A DNA stretch of 64,000 bases from Mobula birostris (Eukaryota), in contig NC_092376.1 of assembly GCF_030028105.1 (NCBI RefSeq), forward strand, positions 69,488,935-69,552,934, given 5' to 3'. Position 1 is the stretch's first letter. Every line of letters starts with the position of its first letter. The translations under genes were made by a program, and so were the position numbers. The notes beneath the pieces were generated by a model that worked only from the letters and a program-made list of their open reading frames with translations, did not search any database and was not told where the DNA came from. Positions 1 to 12,364 of the stretch are shown piece after piece.

Positions 1-52
1 TTACTTCTGTGTTCCTTCAAAGTGGATGTGGACCAACCCCAGATAGAGGAAG
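1..52 (+). CDS. Candidate internal coding exon of an unidentified host gene (5' end outside the window); TSVFLQSGCGPTPDRG(R)
   Basis: Frame open from position 3. Strong donor AG|GTAAGA at 52/53. A 102-nt AT-rich intron leads to a phase-compatible acceptor at 154. Confidence 0.6.
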
Positions 53-154
53 GTAAGATCATTTTCATAGTGAGTATTTAATTTAACTTATTTAAACTGT
101 GTTTAATTTTACTGGTGCTGAGTTTTCATTCTGCTTCTTTGCTGTTACTCCCAG

Positions 155-219
155 GGGATTAGATGGATGGATCAACGTGTATAAAGTGGGTGCGAATCAG
201 CTTGTGGACAAATGTTTAG
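155..219 (+). CDS. Candidate coding exon; GLDGWINVYKVGANQLVDKCL(G)
   Basis: Acceptor ttcattctgcttctttgctgttactcccag at 154. The only stop-free frame is the one continuing from exon 1-52. Putative donor G|gtataa at 219/220. Confidence 0.6.
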
Positions 220-887
220 GTATAATCATTGGACTGTAATGGTACTGAACATCCTTGATGATCAACTGTCCAATTCTCCCCTGTTATTCCCCAATTTAAT
301 TGCACTGCTTGACCATTCATTCCCTTAGTGCTACAATCCTCATGTTCCCACACTGACACAGAATTTGTTGGAATGAAGAATATTACCTTCATTGCTAGTT
401 TGGATTTTTCTGCCAATTGTTCAATTTCAATTATCATAGCTCTGCAGAGTACTAGAAGTGTAACCATTAACTCTAAAGACATTAAGCAAGGCATTAATTC
501 TAAGGAAATTAAGGTACTATCTCTTAATCAATGAAATGTAAGAATGAAATTGCAAACTAAGTAATGAGAAAGATAACCAAATGAATTTCATATCAAAAGA
601 GAAATAATATAAGGGGATGAAAGACTATATTGAGAGGCAAAAAAAGACAAGAAGTGAGAAAAATATATAAACTTTACATCTAAATATACTGTAGCAATAA
701 TTTCTAACTTCCAATAATGAAACTTTATAGTTTCCTTTTCATGTGAGGTTGCAGTCCTAACTTACTGCAATAAATTTAATCTTAATACTTGCGTGGATGG
801 TGAGAGTGAGCTATAACTTGCTTCAATCTAATATGCAAATTGGTTGACAGTTTTTGGCCATTTGCTATTAGTAGATAAATGTCAGAT

Positions 888-1083
888 CACTGTTCCTTCT
901 AAGCTGCACGGGTGTGTGGCTGCATTGTAACTGAAATGCCCCTGTGTATACAGCCTTTGCTGTTGCACAGCAGGAATTTTCTTTTATATAAAGTGCCGCA
1001 CAGCTTTCCGTCCGTGTAAAAACTTCCTGCTCAGAGCAATGTTTGGTCTGTGCAGCTGTAAAAAAAAATTAGAGGGAATGTTG
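888..1083. mobile_element. Non-autonomous hAT-like MITE
   Basis: Imperfect 15-bp TIRs: CACTGTTCCTTCTAA and TTAGAGGGAATGTTG. 8-bp flanks TGTCAGAT (880-887) and CATCAGAT (1084-1091). No ORF. Confidence 0.75.
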
Positions 1084-1094
1084 CATCAGATGCA

Positions 1095-1640
1095 TAAATG
1101 AGAAGCTATCCACTTCTGCATGAAAAAAAGAAAGGCAGAGCATTATTTAAATGGTGAGACGGAGCTGGGTGTTCTTGTACACTGGTGACTAGGAGCTAAC
1201 TCAGAGGAGCAGCACACAGTAAGGAGACAAACAAATGTTGGCCTTCATTGCAAGAAGTTTTGAATGGAGGAGCAGGATACTTTGCTACAATTTGGCAGAG
1301 CGCTGCGAATATTACTGTTTGATCTCCTTTTATAAAGGAGGATATGCTCGCTATAGTGGGAGTGCACAAAGTTCTCCAGACTGAATCCTGGGGTGCCACA
1401 TGAGAAGACATTCAGTCGAAAAGGGCTGCATTTACTGAATGAGAGGGATGAAACATACAGAGTTCTGACAAGGCTAGACCGGTTGGATGTGATGATGATT
1501 TTTAGACACACAAAGAATCAATGGGTATAGGAAGACAGTGTAAGTAAATCTTGAGATAGTCACTCTGTAATGATTTTGTTGAATGGACTAAGAGTGAAGG
1601 CCTGAAGAGACAATCAGGCTGAACCATGCTCTAGTTTTGA
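1095..1640 (+). mobile_element. Decayed CR1 LINE 3' fragment
   Basis: Visible similarity to the better-preserved CR1 at 19800-20620 (e.g. gctatccactt...tattatttaaatggtg; ggccttcattgcaagaag). Confidence 0.7.
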
Positions 1641-2316
1641 ATATATAGCAGTTTCTTCATTACAAGCTGCAGCATTGTTTGTGTAGTAGTATGTCTGCAA
1701 ATTTATTATATTACTGCATCATTGAGTTTTTATAACATTATGCGATATCATGTAGCATAATGTTATTTATTAGCTTGGAGTGTGTTTACTGGCAAATTCT
1801 ATAGTTTCTTCTCGAACCCTGATATGAGCTTCAAGTATTTTTCTATGACATCCCTAACACCAGCCTATGTCCACCTCTAGCATCAGATTATTCTGTTCCT
1901 GTTTCAGCTTGTCTGCTTCTGAAGCCCTCATTTATGCTTTTATTATCATGAGACTTGCTTGTCCTAATGCATTCCCAGCCAGCCTTACTTAATGCATCCG
2001 CTGTAGATATGGTTATAGGAAATGCTGTTGTCTGTGCCCTAACTCCTGACATGCCCTATTCATCTACTCTGTTCACTGATTCATTTTTGGCTCCCATCTA
2101 AACAAGGGTTTTAATGTTTACTTTAAAAAATTTCCATTCACATGACATCTCAGTCTCTGCAATCCACTTCAGCTCTAAAATCCTCCAAGGAAATTCATTC
2201 CTTCATTCTTGCTATTCAGAGCACTCCTGAATTCAAATTGCTTCATTATTTATATCAACCTGTTCTAGAATCTGAAAGTTCCATCTCTCGGCTTCACCAC
2301 CTCTCTTTCCTCATTT

Positions 2317-5300
2317 GTTGTTCATCCATCACCGTCGCCGATGAAGACCTCGACACCATTAGTGACTTTGAGACTGGATGCAGTGTGTCCGAAGGTGACT
2401 GGTCTGGCCAATTCAGGCACGAACTGTCCTGGCACATGTTGGGCAGATGTGTAGGCTCTGCAGCTGTTGCGCTGGTGGCTCTGGACTTGTGCAGTTCTCA
2501 CTTATGTTGTGCTTCAGCAGTGCGCCTTGCTTCGTAAGCTTGACAGCCCTTGTGGATGAGGCCGTGCCAGGTGGGGCGGTTTTGTGCCAGCGTTTCCCAG
2601 GTGGTCGTGTCTATGTCAAGTGACTTCAGGGAGGCCTTTAGTGCGGTCTTTGTAATGTTTCTTCTGCCCTCCATGCGAGCATCTTCCAGCAGAGTTCCCC
2701 AAAAAGGAGCTGCTTGGGTATGCGCTCGTCCGGCATGAGGATGACATGACCTGCCCACCGGGTCTGTGCTGTCATCACCAGTGTGTGGACTGATGGTAGA
2801 CTTGCTCTAGAGAGAACTTCAGTGTCTGGTACTTTGTCTTGCCATCTGATGCCTAATATTCTGCGAAGACAAGTCATGTGGAAATGGTCGAGCTGTCTTG
2901 CATGCCTTCGATATGCAGTCCACGTTTCACATGCATACAGGAGGGTATTGAGTACCACGGCTTTGTAGACCTTCAGTTTTGTTGCTGGACTGATTCCTCG
3001 GCGTTCCCATGCAGTGGAGTGCAGTCTACCGAAAGCAGAACTTGCCTTTGCTATTCTGCCGTTAACTTCTGTATCAATAGTCGCTGCTTGGGAGAGGGTT
3101 CTGCCAAGGTAAGTACACTGGTCCACTGCCTGTAGTTCCTGTCCTTCGATTGTGATTTTCGGTTCTGTGTACGGTGCATGAGGAGCAGGCTGGTGCATGC
3201 CTTCGGTCTTTTTGATGTTGATGGTGAGTCCAAAGTTGTCACAAGCCGTGGAGAATTTGTCCATATTGACTTGCATCTCTGGCTCCGAGCCAGCATACAG
3301 GGCGCAGTCATCGGCAAAGAGGAAGTCTCTCAGAACAGTCTCCTGCACTTTGGTAATAGCTTGAAATCTCCTCTGGTTGAAGAGCTTCCCATCCACTCTG
3401 TACTTGAGGCTGATTCCAGAATCACTGCCCTGGAAGACATCATTCAGCATGGCAGTAAACACCATGCTAGATAGTGTGGGTGTGAGCACACAGCCCTGTT
3501 TGAAACCATTGGTGACTGGGAACGCCTCAGAGGATTCTCCGCTGTCCAGCACTCTGGCCATCATGCCATCATGGAACTGACGTACCATCTGAATGAACTT
3601 GGCGGGGCAGACGAACTCTGACATGATCCTCCACAGGCCTTGTCGGCAGACAGTGTCTATAGGCTTTCGTGAGATCAACAAAAGTTGTGTAGATTTTGCG
3701 ATTTTGCTCCTGACACTTCTCCTGAAGTTGGCATGTGGCAAAAATCAGGTCAATAGTCCCACAACCTTTGCAAAAGCCACACTGTTACTCTGGCAGCAGG
3801 CCCAGCTCCAGATGAGTGACCAGACGATTAGTAGGACTCTTGCCAGGGTTTTTCCTGCAATGGAGAGCAGCAAGATTCCTCAGTGGTTGTCACATACTTG
3901 TCGATTGTCCTTCCTCTTGTAGAGGTGTACGATGGATGCATCTTTAAGTTCCTGAGGAATGGATCCTTGCTTCCAAAAAGACTGGAGCAACTTGGTAAGC
4001 TTCTCCATAAGTACAGGACCACTGGCTTTGTAGATCTCTGCAGGTATGGTATCTGTCCCTGGGGCTTTGCCACTGGATAGCTGGCTGACAGTTTCATGAC
4101 TTTGCCTACTACCGGTGGGTCATCCTCAGCACTGTTGATGTCGACCAGGAAAATCCTGTCTATCGCCTCATCGATAATAGATGACGGTTGGTTGAGGACG
4201 GCTTCAAAGTGTTCAGCCCATCTCCGCAGGATCTGAGCCTTCTCTGTAATGAGAGTTGTACCATCTATACTAGGAGGGGGGAGCTCCTGAGAGACTGAGG
4301 TCCGTAGAGATTGTTGAGGGCTTCATAGAATCGTTTCAAGTCGTTTCTGTCAGTGTATCCCTGTATTTCATCTGCCTTGGCGCTCAGGCAGGCATCTTGC
4401 ATTTTACGCAGTTTATTCTGAACTATCCTGCGAGCACTGGTAAAGGTGTTTTTCTTGGCAGCTGATGATGGGTCGTTCTGATGGGCACGATGAAGGCAGT
4501 GCTTTTCAACAAGTAGAGCCTGTATCTCCTCATCATTCTCATCGAACCAGTCATGCTGCTTGTGGGTAGAGAGCCTTAGCATCTTCAGTGCAGATGAATG
4601 GACAGCATCCCTGAAGCGATCCCAGCCATCCACAGCGCTGCCTGTAAGGTGCAGGTCAGCAAGCTTGGTTTCTAAATCTTCAGCCAGTGCTGAAGCAATG
4701 CTGGGGTTCTTCAGCCTGGCCACGTTGATTCTTTTCATAACCTTGCTTCCTTGTGGTCGCCTCTTGGGTCTGATGTGCAGCTTCATTTTGGAAACAATGA
4801 GCCTGTGATCTGTCCAGCAGTCAGCACCACACATTGTCTTGGTCACTCTGACATCCTGCCTGTCTTTTCTCCTGACAATGACGTAGTCGATAAGATGCCA
4901 ATGCTTAGAGCGGGGGTGCATCCAGGAGGTCTTGTTACAGGTAGGCAGGCGGAAAGCTGTGTTGGTGATGAGCAGGTCATGTGCTGCACAGGTCTTCAGT
5001 AAGAGTAGGCCGTTACTGTTACATTTGCCCACTCCATGTCTCCCAACGTCTCCCTACGTCTCCCTGCCAGACTGTAGAGTCGCACCCTACTCTTGCACTG
5101 AAGTCACCAAGCAAGATCAGCTTGTCAGTGCCGCTCACTGCTGATAGTAGGGCGTCGAGTTCTTCATAGAACCGGTCTTTCTTCTCGTCTGGATTGATCA
5201 TTGTGGGGGCATATGCGCTGATCAGGGTGGCTTGACTTCTGTTCTGTAGCGGAAGCTGTGGTGTCAGGAGCTGGTCGTTTACACCCTTGGGGAGACTAGC

Positions 5301-6541
5301 AAGTTTCCGAACAAGGTGACTCCTGATGGCAAATCCAACTCCAGCATCACGACACTCATCGCTGCCACGACCGCTCCAGAAAAAAGTGTATCCACCTCCA
5401 GTTTCGGTCAGCTGACCTACGTTGGCAAGACGAGTCTCACTCAGGGGTGCATTGTCAATGTTGTATCTTGCAAGCTCTCTGGCAACGAAGGCTGTTCTTC
5501 TCTCTGGTCTGTTTACTGTAGGGTTGTCCAATAATGTGCGCACGATCCAAGTGCCAATGGTGAGCAGTGTCACCTTGCGTTTCGTTGTGTTTGTTTGACC
5601 GCCAATATAGGATCTCCGCCAACTGCGGTAAACTGGCCAGGGTGTAAGGAAGCAGGCAATGTTTAGGGCACCTTTCCTAGCCCCTTCCTCATATTACGGG
5701 GTGAGCAGTGCGTTCCAAAAGAGGGCTGCTCAGTCGTCCAGGTAGACGCCGAGTTTCATGGCTGCTTCGGTCAGCGAAAAACGACCATTAGACCTGAGCC
5801 GCCTGTGTGCAGGTCCGTGACTACAGCTCCCAGTGTATCCACACCTGCTGCTTTGTCGCTCGCCCATCGCCACAGGATTTCAGAGGTTATGGATGATGAT
5901 GATATTGACGGTGATGGTGATGGTGTCGAGACTAGCGAGTGATTTGGAAATGAGGGAAAGTTGCGCAGCGTCAGCCTCACTCTCTCTTCCCAATTCCCAT
6001 CTGGATCCAGTGGCAAGACAAGAGTCGAGACGGTTGGAGATGGGACTAGGTGCAGTGGATGACCAGGACGTCTTCTGTGTCTTGTGGTGCTCTACATGTT
6101 GCAGAGACCGCCTTCTTGTCCATTGAACCTTCCATTGGTCTCGTCCGCTCAATCCGCCGGAGTCTGTCTTCACCTGCTGGGATAGATAACTCCCTATCTC
6201 ACCGAGGGTTTGAGATCCATTGGCTACCGTCACCTGGTTTAGCCGGCTTGTCGAAGTCGTTGCTCCAGGGTGTGGCTGCTGTTGCATGCAAACAGCTACG
6301 GGGAGCCACAGGTGAGAGTTGGGTGCCAGGTGGGGAACCAAAGGAACCGTGGGTAAAGGTTTCTATCATAAATGTTATTGGAAAATATGGTCAAAATTGT
6401 GGTGGTGATGTTTGATTTCAAGTTTGTTGCATTATCAAAGATGTTAAATATCCTGAGTCAACAACACCTAACCGCCTTGAAAAGGATGCAATATGTTCCC
6501 CCACCAGAGGTGCTACCCCTCCCTGACACCCCATACACCCC
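2317..6541 (-). mobile_element. Full-length RTE-clade LINE (APE endonuclease + RT), frameshifted
   Basis: Endonuclease motifs in ORFs 5019-5573 (GTWIVRTL, RPERRTAFVARELARYNID, ILLGDFSARVG) and 4265-5032 (WMHPRSKHWHLIDY, WTDHRL). RT motifs in 3828-4097 and 2638-3741 (KQGCVL, FLFADDCAL). 3' tail GATGGATGAACAAC. 9-bp TSD TCCTCATTT at 2308-2316 and 6542-6550. Confidence 0.92.
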
Positions 6542-6890
6542 TCCTCATTTAAGGTAGCCTTTAAGAACCTTTCCTTTGACTGAGTTTTTGGTTATTTATC
6601 CTAAATCTGCATGTATGGCTCAATGCCAATAAATTACATTGGACATTTTAGCCATGCTAAAGTAACTGCTTACTGCTGATGTTATGTTCTTTGGAGGTGA
6701 ATTCTGATTAGCAAAATCATCTTATTTGGGAGTTTTAGAAAATACTGTAATAACTAGCTAATTGCAAAGGAACCGTGGGTGAAGGTTTCTATCATGAGTG
6801 TTATTGGAAAACACAGTCAAAATTGCGGCGGTGTTTGATTTCAATTTTGTTGCATTATCAAAGATGTTAAATATTCTGAGTCAACAACAC
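6339..6890 (+). repeat. ~126-129 bp direct repeat pair (6339-6467 and 6765-6890)
   Basis: Both copies run caaaggaaccgtgggt...ctgagtcaacaacac. About 10 substitutions and one 3-bp indel counted by eye. Confidence 0.95.
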
Positions 6891-7262
6891 TGTGTAAAAT
6901 TATTTTGTCATTTCCTTCTTTCTGTTAAATAATTAATTAATTAAGAATTCTGTTACTTTGTTAACTTGTTTCTTTATATCAATATATTTGAAAATGTGGT
7001 TACCAGCAAAGACATATTTTTAAGAGAACTTCCATCTGTGCATAAGCTGATTAAAAACCACCCAGTACATTTGAATTATTGTTTGATAAGCAATAAGTTC
7101 TGAAATAATCTTGCTGGCATCTTTAGGTCTGAGCAAATGAATGCAGTTTGTATAGCCTTCCAAAACTGATTCACAATTTTAATTAAATGTGTGTCCGTGT
7201 TTGAAGCCAGGGTATAACCTGGACAAGGTGAAGCTTCAGTTAAGAGTTAACCAGCTCCGGGG

Positions 7263-7933
7263 CATTCAAGATTGCTTAATGTCATTTCCAGTGTACGAAT
7301 GTAAAGGAGAACGAAATAATTGTTACATCAGATCTGATGCAGCACAGGAACACACAACGAGATAAAGAACATAAAAATAAAAATCACAATAAATATAAAT
7401 ACATAAGATAGCTTATATACATAGTTTGATTGTTATGTCAAATGGCATAGGAGTGTCTTGCATAACATGACTCTGAGAGGAAATGATAAAATTGTTGTGG
7501 TGAGGGTATGGAGTGGCGGGTTAGTGGGTGGAGGTGTTGATCAGTCTTACTGCTTAGGGAAAGTAATTGTTTTTGAGTCTGGTGGTCCTGACATGGATGC
7601 TACGTAGCCTCTTCCCTGATGGGAGTTCAAACTGTCCATGAGCAGGGTGAGTGGGATCCTTCATGATGTTACTGGCCCTTCTTCAGCACCTCTCTGTATA
7701 CACAGTATGTCCTTAACGGTGAGCAGGCTGGTGCTGGTGAAGTACAGGGCAGTTTTGACTGCCTGTTGTGGAGCCTTTGCTCCACTGCAGTGCAGTTTCT
7801 GTACTATGCAGTGATGCAGCATGTTAGGATGATCTCTACTGCACATCTGTAGAAGGACTTGAGTACAGATGTGCATAGTCCAGTGCTCTTCAGCCTCCTC
7901 AGAAAATCGGGACGTTGGTGAGCTTTCCTGATT
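7263..7933 (-). mobile_element. Rex1/Babar-type LINE 3' fragment
   Basis: Translation FLRRLKSTGLCTSVLKSFYRCAVEIILTCCITA, the typical C-terminal region of Rex1-like ORFs, followed by an AT-rich 3' UTR with AATAAA-like end. Confidence 0.8.
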
Positions 7934-7969
7934 GGTAATGGCATAGTGGTTAAATTAGTGGCCAGGTAA

Positions 7970-9425
7970 GTCATAGAGTCATAAAGAAAGAAACAGCCCC
8001 TCCAGCCCAACTGGTCCATTCCATCCACCGTTCCTATCTGTCTCATTTGCCCACATTTGGTCTATGTCTACCTCATCCATGTACTGTCCAAGTTTCTTTC
8101 AAATGTTGTTAACTTATCTGTCAGTATATGGCAGCCCATTCCATATACTGGCCACCCTTTTGGTGAAAAAAATTGCTCCTCAGGTCCCTGTTAAATCTCT
8201 CCCCTCTAACCTTAATCCATCCTTTCTGCTTCTTGTTTCCCTAACTACAGAAAGAAGACTGTGCACATTCACCCTATCCATACCCCTTATAATTTTATAC
8301 ACCTCTATATGATCAGCCCACCTTTACATACACTATAAAGAATAAAGTCTAAACCTGCTCAACCTTGCTCCATAACTCAGCCTCTCAGGTCATGGCAATG
8401 TCCTCATAAATCTCCATTGCATTCTTTCCAGCTTAATGACATTTTTTCTAGACAGTGACCAAAAAAACAGAACACAATATTCTAAATGCAGCCTAACCAA
8501 CGTCTTGCACAACTGCAGCATAACATCTCAATTTCTATACTCTATGGCTTGACTGATGAAGGCCAATGTACTGCACCTAAAGCCTTCACTACCCTGTCTA
8601 CTCTTGGCACCACTTTCAGGGAATTATATACCTGTACTCACATGTCTCTCTATTCTACAATACTGTCCAGGGCTGGTGTCTGATGACTGGTGAAAATCCT
8701 ACTCTCACTATCGTCCTAAAATTCAACACTTACCCGAATTAAATCCCCTTTGCCCATTTACCCAGTTGGTTGATCAATATACCCCTGTAATTTTCGATAA
8801 TCTTCTTCATTTTACAATATACCATCTATTTAAGTGTCATCTACAAACTGAATAATCTTTGCACATTCTCATCCAAATCATTGATATATAGTAGATGACA
8901 AATAGCAATGATCTAGCACTGAGGCCCTGGGAAATGCCACTAGTCATGGGCCTCCTGTCTGAGGAAACAACATTCCTTCAGCATGTTTCCTACCATCAAG
9001 CCAATTCTGTAACTACTTACCCTGGATTCCATGTACTCTAACTTTCCATAGTAGCTGACTATGTGGAAATTTATCAAAGACCTTACTGAGTCCATGTAGA
9101 CCACATCTCCTGCCAAACCTCATGAAATTCTTTGGTTACTTCTTCAGAAGACTTAAATTTGTGAGACATGATCTCCTGTGGACAAAGCCATTGACGATCT
9201 CTTATCAACTCCTGTATTTCCAGATACTGGTACATTTTATCCCTCAAAATACTCTTTAGTATCTTACTTACCACAGGTGTTAGACCTACTGGTCTATAGT
9301 TCCTTGTTTTCCCTTTTTTTTTGGCCCTTCAAAAATAAAGACACAACATTAGCCACCTTCCAGTCTTCTGGCACTTCACTCATCGCCAACAATAATGGAT
9401 AGATCTCAGCCAGTGTTCCTGCTTC
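7970..9425 (-). mobile_element. Decayed CR1 LINE fragment
   Basis: Tail repeat gtcatagagtcat at the left end. RT remnants (ORF 9083-9274 resembles the CR1 KxLExILRD...QHGF...KSC region). Confidence 0.75.
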
Positions 9426-9429
9426 CCAA

Positions 9430-9755
9430 ATCCATGGCCCAAATTTAAATCCCACCACTGTTGCAGTGGAATTTAAATTCTCTTAATAAGCTGTAATTTT
9501 CAGGAAAATGTTTAATTTTGCAGTAGTGAAGATCACAAAATTACTGGAATGTCCCCAAACCACTTTGGCTCACCTATATTCAGGAGGAAAATTTGCCATC
9601 CTCACATGCTTTCTGACCCAGATTCAGAAATGTGGTCAATAAAATGGTTTTTGATCATTCTTGGCACACTATTCCACTTAAGGATATTAAGGGATGGAGG
9701 GTAAACTCTGGCTTTGCCTACGGTGCCAGATCTGAGAGAATAATTTAAAAAAATC
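9430..9755 (+). repeat. Old SINE-like repeat, same family as 60945-61265
   Basis: Shared blocks with 60945-61265 (atttgccatcc/atctgtcatcc; agggatgg...taaa..c..gc). A-rich end. Confidence 0.5.
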
Positions 9756-10589
9756 AACAGATCTTTCTCTGCCCTCCAAATCTGAATGAATCATACAGTA
9801 GCATAATGTGTTAACAGAGAAACCGAATATTGTCTATAGTCTAGCATCCAAAATCAATTGGGAATGGTGAGGGAGGGGCAGTGGGGGATGGGGTTTAGTG
9901 GTTGCCTGAACGTGCTAGTTCCATGACAACAGTTAAAAGAAATACTGTACATCTCATATTAGTATTCCATGCATAAACTTCTAAATAAATTATATGAACT
10001 ATATGTCACTTCCTTACCCATTTGAAATAAAAATGTTTTACACTGCAATGCTATATTTTAAGATGAAATAGTATTAATGTAGCATGCAGCAAAAATAATT
10101 CAATTAACTCAGTATCACACATAGTGCCAAAGAGGATATTGCTGTGAATCAGCCTTCAACTACCCTGTTTTGCCCTTGCATATAGAACATAAGTGTATAA
10201 AAGATGTCTTTTTCACACTTGTTTTGCATAACACTGGAAACAGAGTTCAATGTTAGAGGTTAATTTCACAGCATCATATACTTGCTGCTTGCATGAGAAT
10301 TCTTGGATACAGGAATACTGGATACCATATATATGCTGATTATTCTATTACATGTCAAGAACCTTTCTGCTGTGGTCTTCTGTCCTTTCTATCATTGTCC
10401 CTCTCTCTCCTTCCTGTACTTCTACTCCCTCTATTTTTTTTCTTTTTGATTTCTTAATTTTGTCCCTTTCTCTAATCAGCTCAGAGATACTGGGTGGTCT
10501 TGTATGCTGTTGCAGGGGAAGTAAGCGCTAATGTCTGGTGGTGGTATACTTTCATGGTTAGGAGGATTATGGAGAAATTCTTTTATGTT

Positions 10590-11380
10590 CAAAAGTAAAC
10601 TTCATTCATAAAACTATATACAGGGAATCCAATATAATCTGTACTTGGCTTTCCTTACATTTATTGTGTCATCAAATCAAAATGTTATTTTGTTATAAAA
10701 CCAATACATATTCTTACAAAGCAGCAATACTACTTATGTTTCCATGTTAACCAGTGCAGCCACAAAATGTTTGAGAGGCTGTTACACAGGACCTTAGCTG
10801 GTGGTCCTTCCCCATAAAGCAACACCAGGCTTCAGTGCATTCCTTAGCATGTAGATCTGCACCCTAAATGTGCCAGGCAACAATATTCTCTTACAAACAT
10901 CATTTGCTCTGGAACATCAACATGTTTCAGGCAGACACCAAGTTCATAGTTGTTTAAATCAACATGTACCTTATTGAGCAGAGAATCCTTTGTTAAGCTC
11001 TTGCTTGGAACAAACCTCAACAAGCATCACAAGCAAATCTATTGGCCCACTGCTAATGCGCCAAGCCCCGCGAAACACTCCTTTTTAAAACTCTTCTCCC
11101 CAATCTGTGCAAAGCTCTCTTACTCTGTAAATTGATTGGTCCACTGCTAATGTGCCAAGCCCTGCAAAATGCTCCTTTTTTAAACTCTTCTCCCCGACCT
11201 GTGTGAAGCTCTGGGGAGGGTACTTTATACAGCCAGCCAAGAAAGATCTTGGTACTTGTTGGTGCATAGGCATTCTGCCAAATGACTTTGACCATCTGCT
11301 CAGGAATCTGTCCCACTGAGCATAACGTGTCCTCCTATTGCAGAGCCTGCAGGATGTTTCAGACTGATCACTGCCCAAAA
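10590..11380 (-). mobile_element. Decayed Tx1/L1-like LINE 3' fragment carrying an internal tandem duplication
   Basis: PEQMVKVIWQNA...WL remnant and an AATAAA/TGTA-rich 3' end. Highly degenerate. Confidence 0.45.
11041..11212. repeat. Tandem duplication, 2 x 78 bp with a 16-bp spacer
   Basis: attggcccactgctaatgcgcc...aaagctct (11041-11118) versus attggtccactgctaatgtgcc...gaagctct (11135-11212). Confidence 0.92.
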
Positions 11381-12364
11381 ACCCTGTACTCTTCCATATT
11401 CCTTTCCCATCTCCTCACCTTCGCTGCCTGATCTCTTCATTCCCCAGAAATCTTTTCCTCTTCACCTTCCACTATCAATTGTGTTGATATTTGAATGTAT
11501 AACACAGATAAAAGAGTCAACTAAAGTGCTTGTTGGCATAAACGGCTCAGATGAAATCAAGTAATTTTAAATCATAACATTTTGAATCGCGATTAAATAA
11601 CTTCACCCACATCTTCTTCTGAATTCAAACAGCACAATGCCTTTGATGACACTTTTCCTCTTGCAGTCAGGTTAATAAAATTTTAAGTTGTCGAATTTTT
11701 CACATATTAGCAGAACTTGGAAGGAACTGCATTTAAGAGGCTAAAGAATTATGTGCATTGATCTGAGAGAAGACTATCCAGGCAGCAATCAATGCTGGCT
11801 AATTATTGGAGCCTCTCCAGGAACACCAAACATCGATGAGAAGTTACCACTTCAGTTTCAATTGGATGAAATGCCTATTATCTGCACTCCACAGAGATCT
11901 TCAGCTGGAGCTTATTTGGAACCGACAGAAATCTATTACACATCAAGCTGTTGGAAAAATTGCACTTCATTTTAGCTGCACTTTCACCACAGAATTGGTC
12001 TCTCTCAATAACAGACCTCAGTTTGTAGCATTGCCACTTAATCAACGTAGGAACTGCTTGACATACGTTCAATAATTATTTGAATTGCAGGCATGGAGAT
12101 ACATTTTGCATTAAGACAGTATTGCTGAATATTTGAATAGTCTGCTGCCAGCAATGTGAAAACATGCAACCAATAGAATATATTGAAAGCTAAATGATCC
12201 TGAAGTGAAACTTAACAACTCTGGAGACCCATGGTACAGCTAGTTAAAAAATGTCAATAAGTTAGAGACAGAGATAAAATAAAGAGCACCAATAATTAAC
12301 ACAACAGGATCCCCACACACTACCAAAACACTTTTCCTAGCATTGACAGTGATCAGAGTCTTTG

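Noticed and set aside
216-494. Minus-strand 92-aa ORF and possible 55-nt exon 387-441 (AMIIEIEQLAEKSKLAMK)
   Set aside because: No recognisable domain and no partner exons. It lies antisense in the intron of the better-supported + strand model. Not fully excluded.
5771-6415. Several 80-150 aa ORFs as a possible RTE ORF1
   Set aside because: They overlap on both strands in a GC-rich UTR with a microsatellite and show no motif. They are best explained as chance ORFs.
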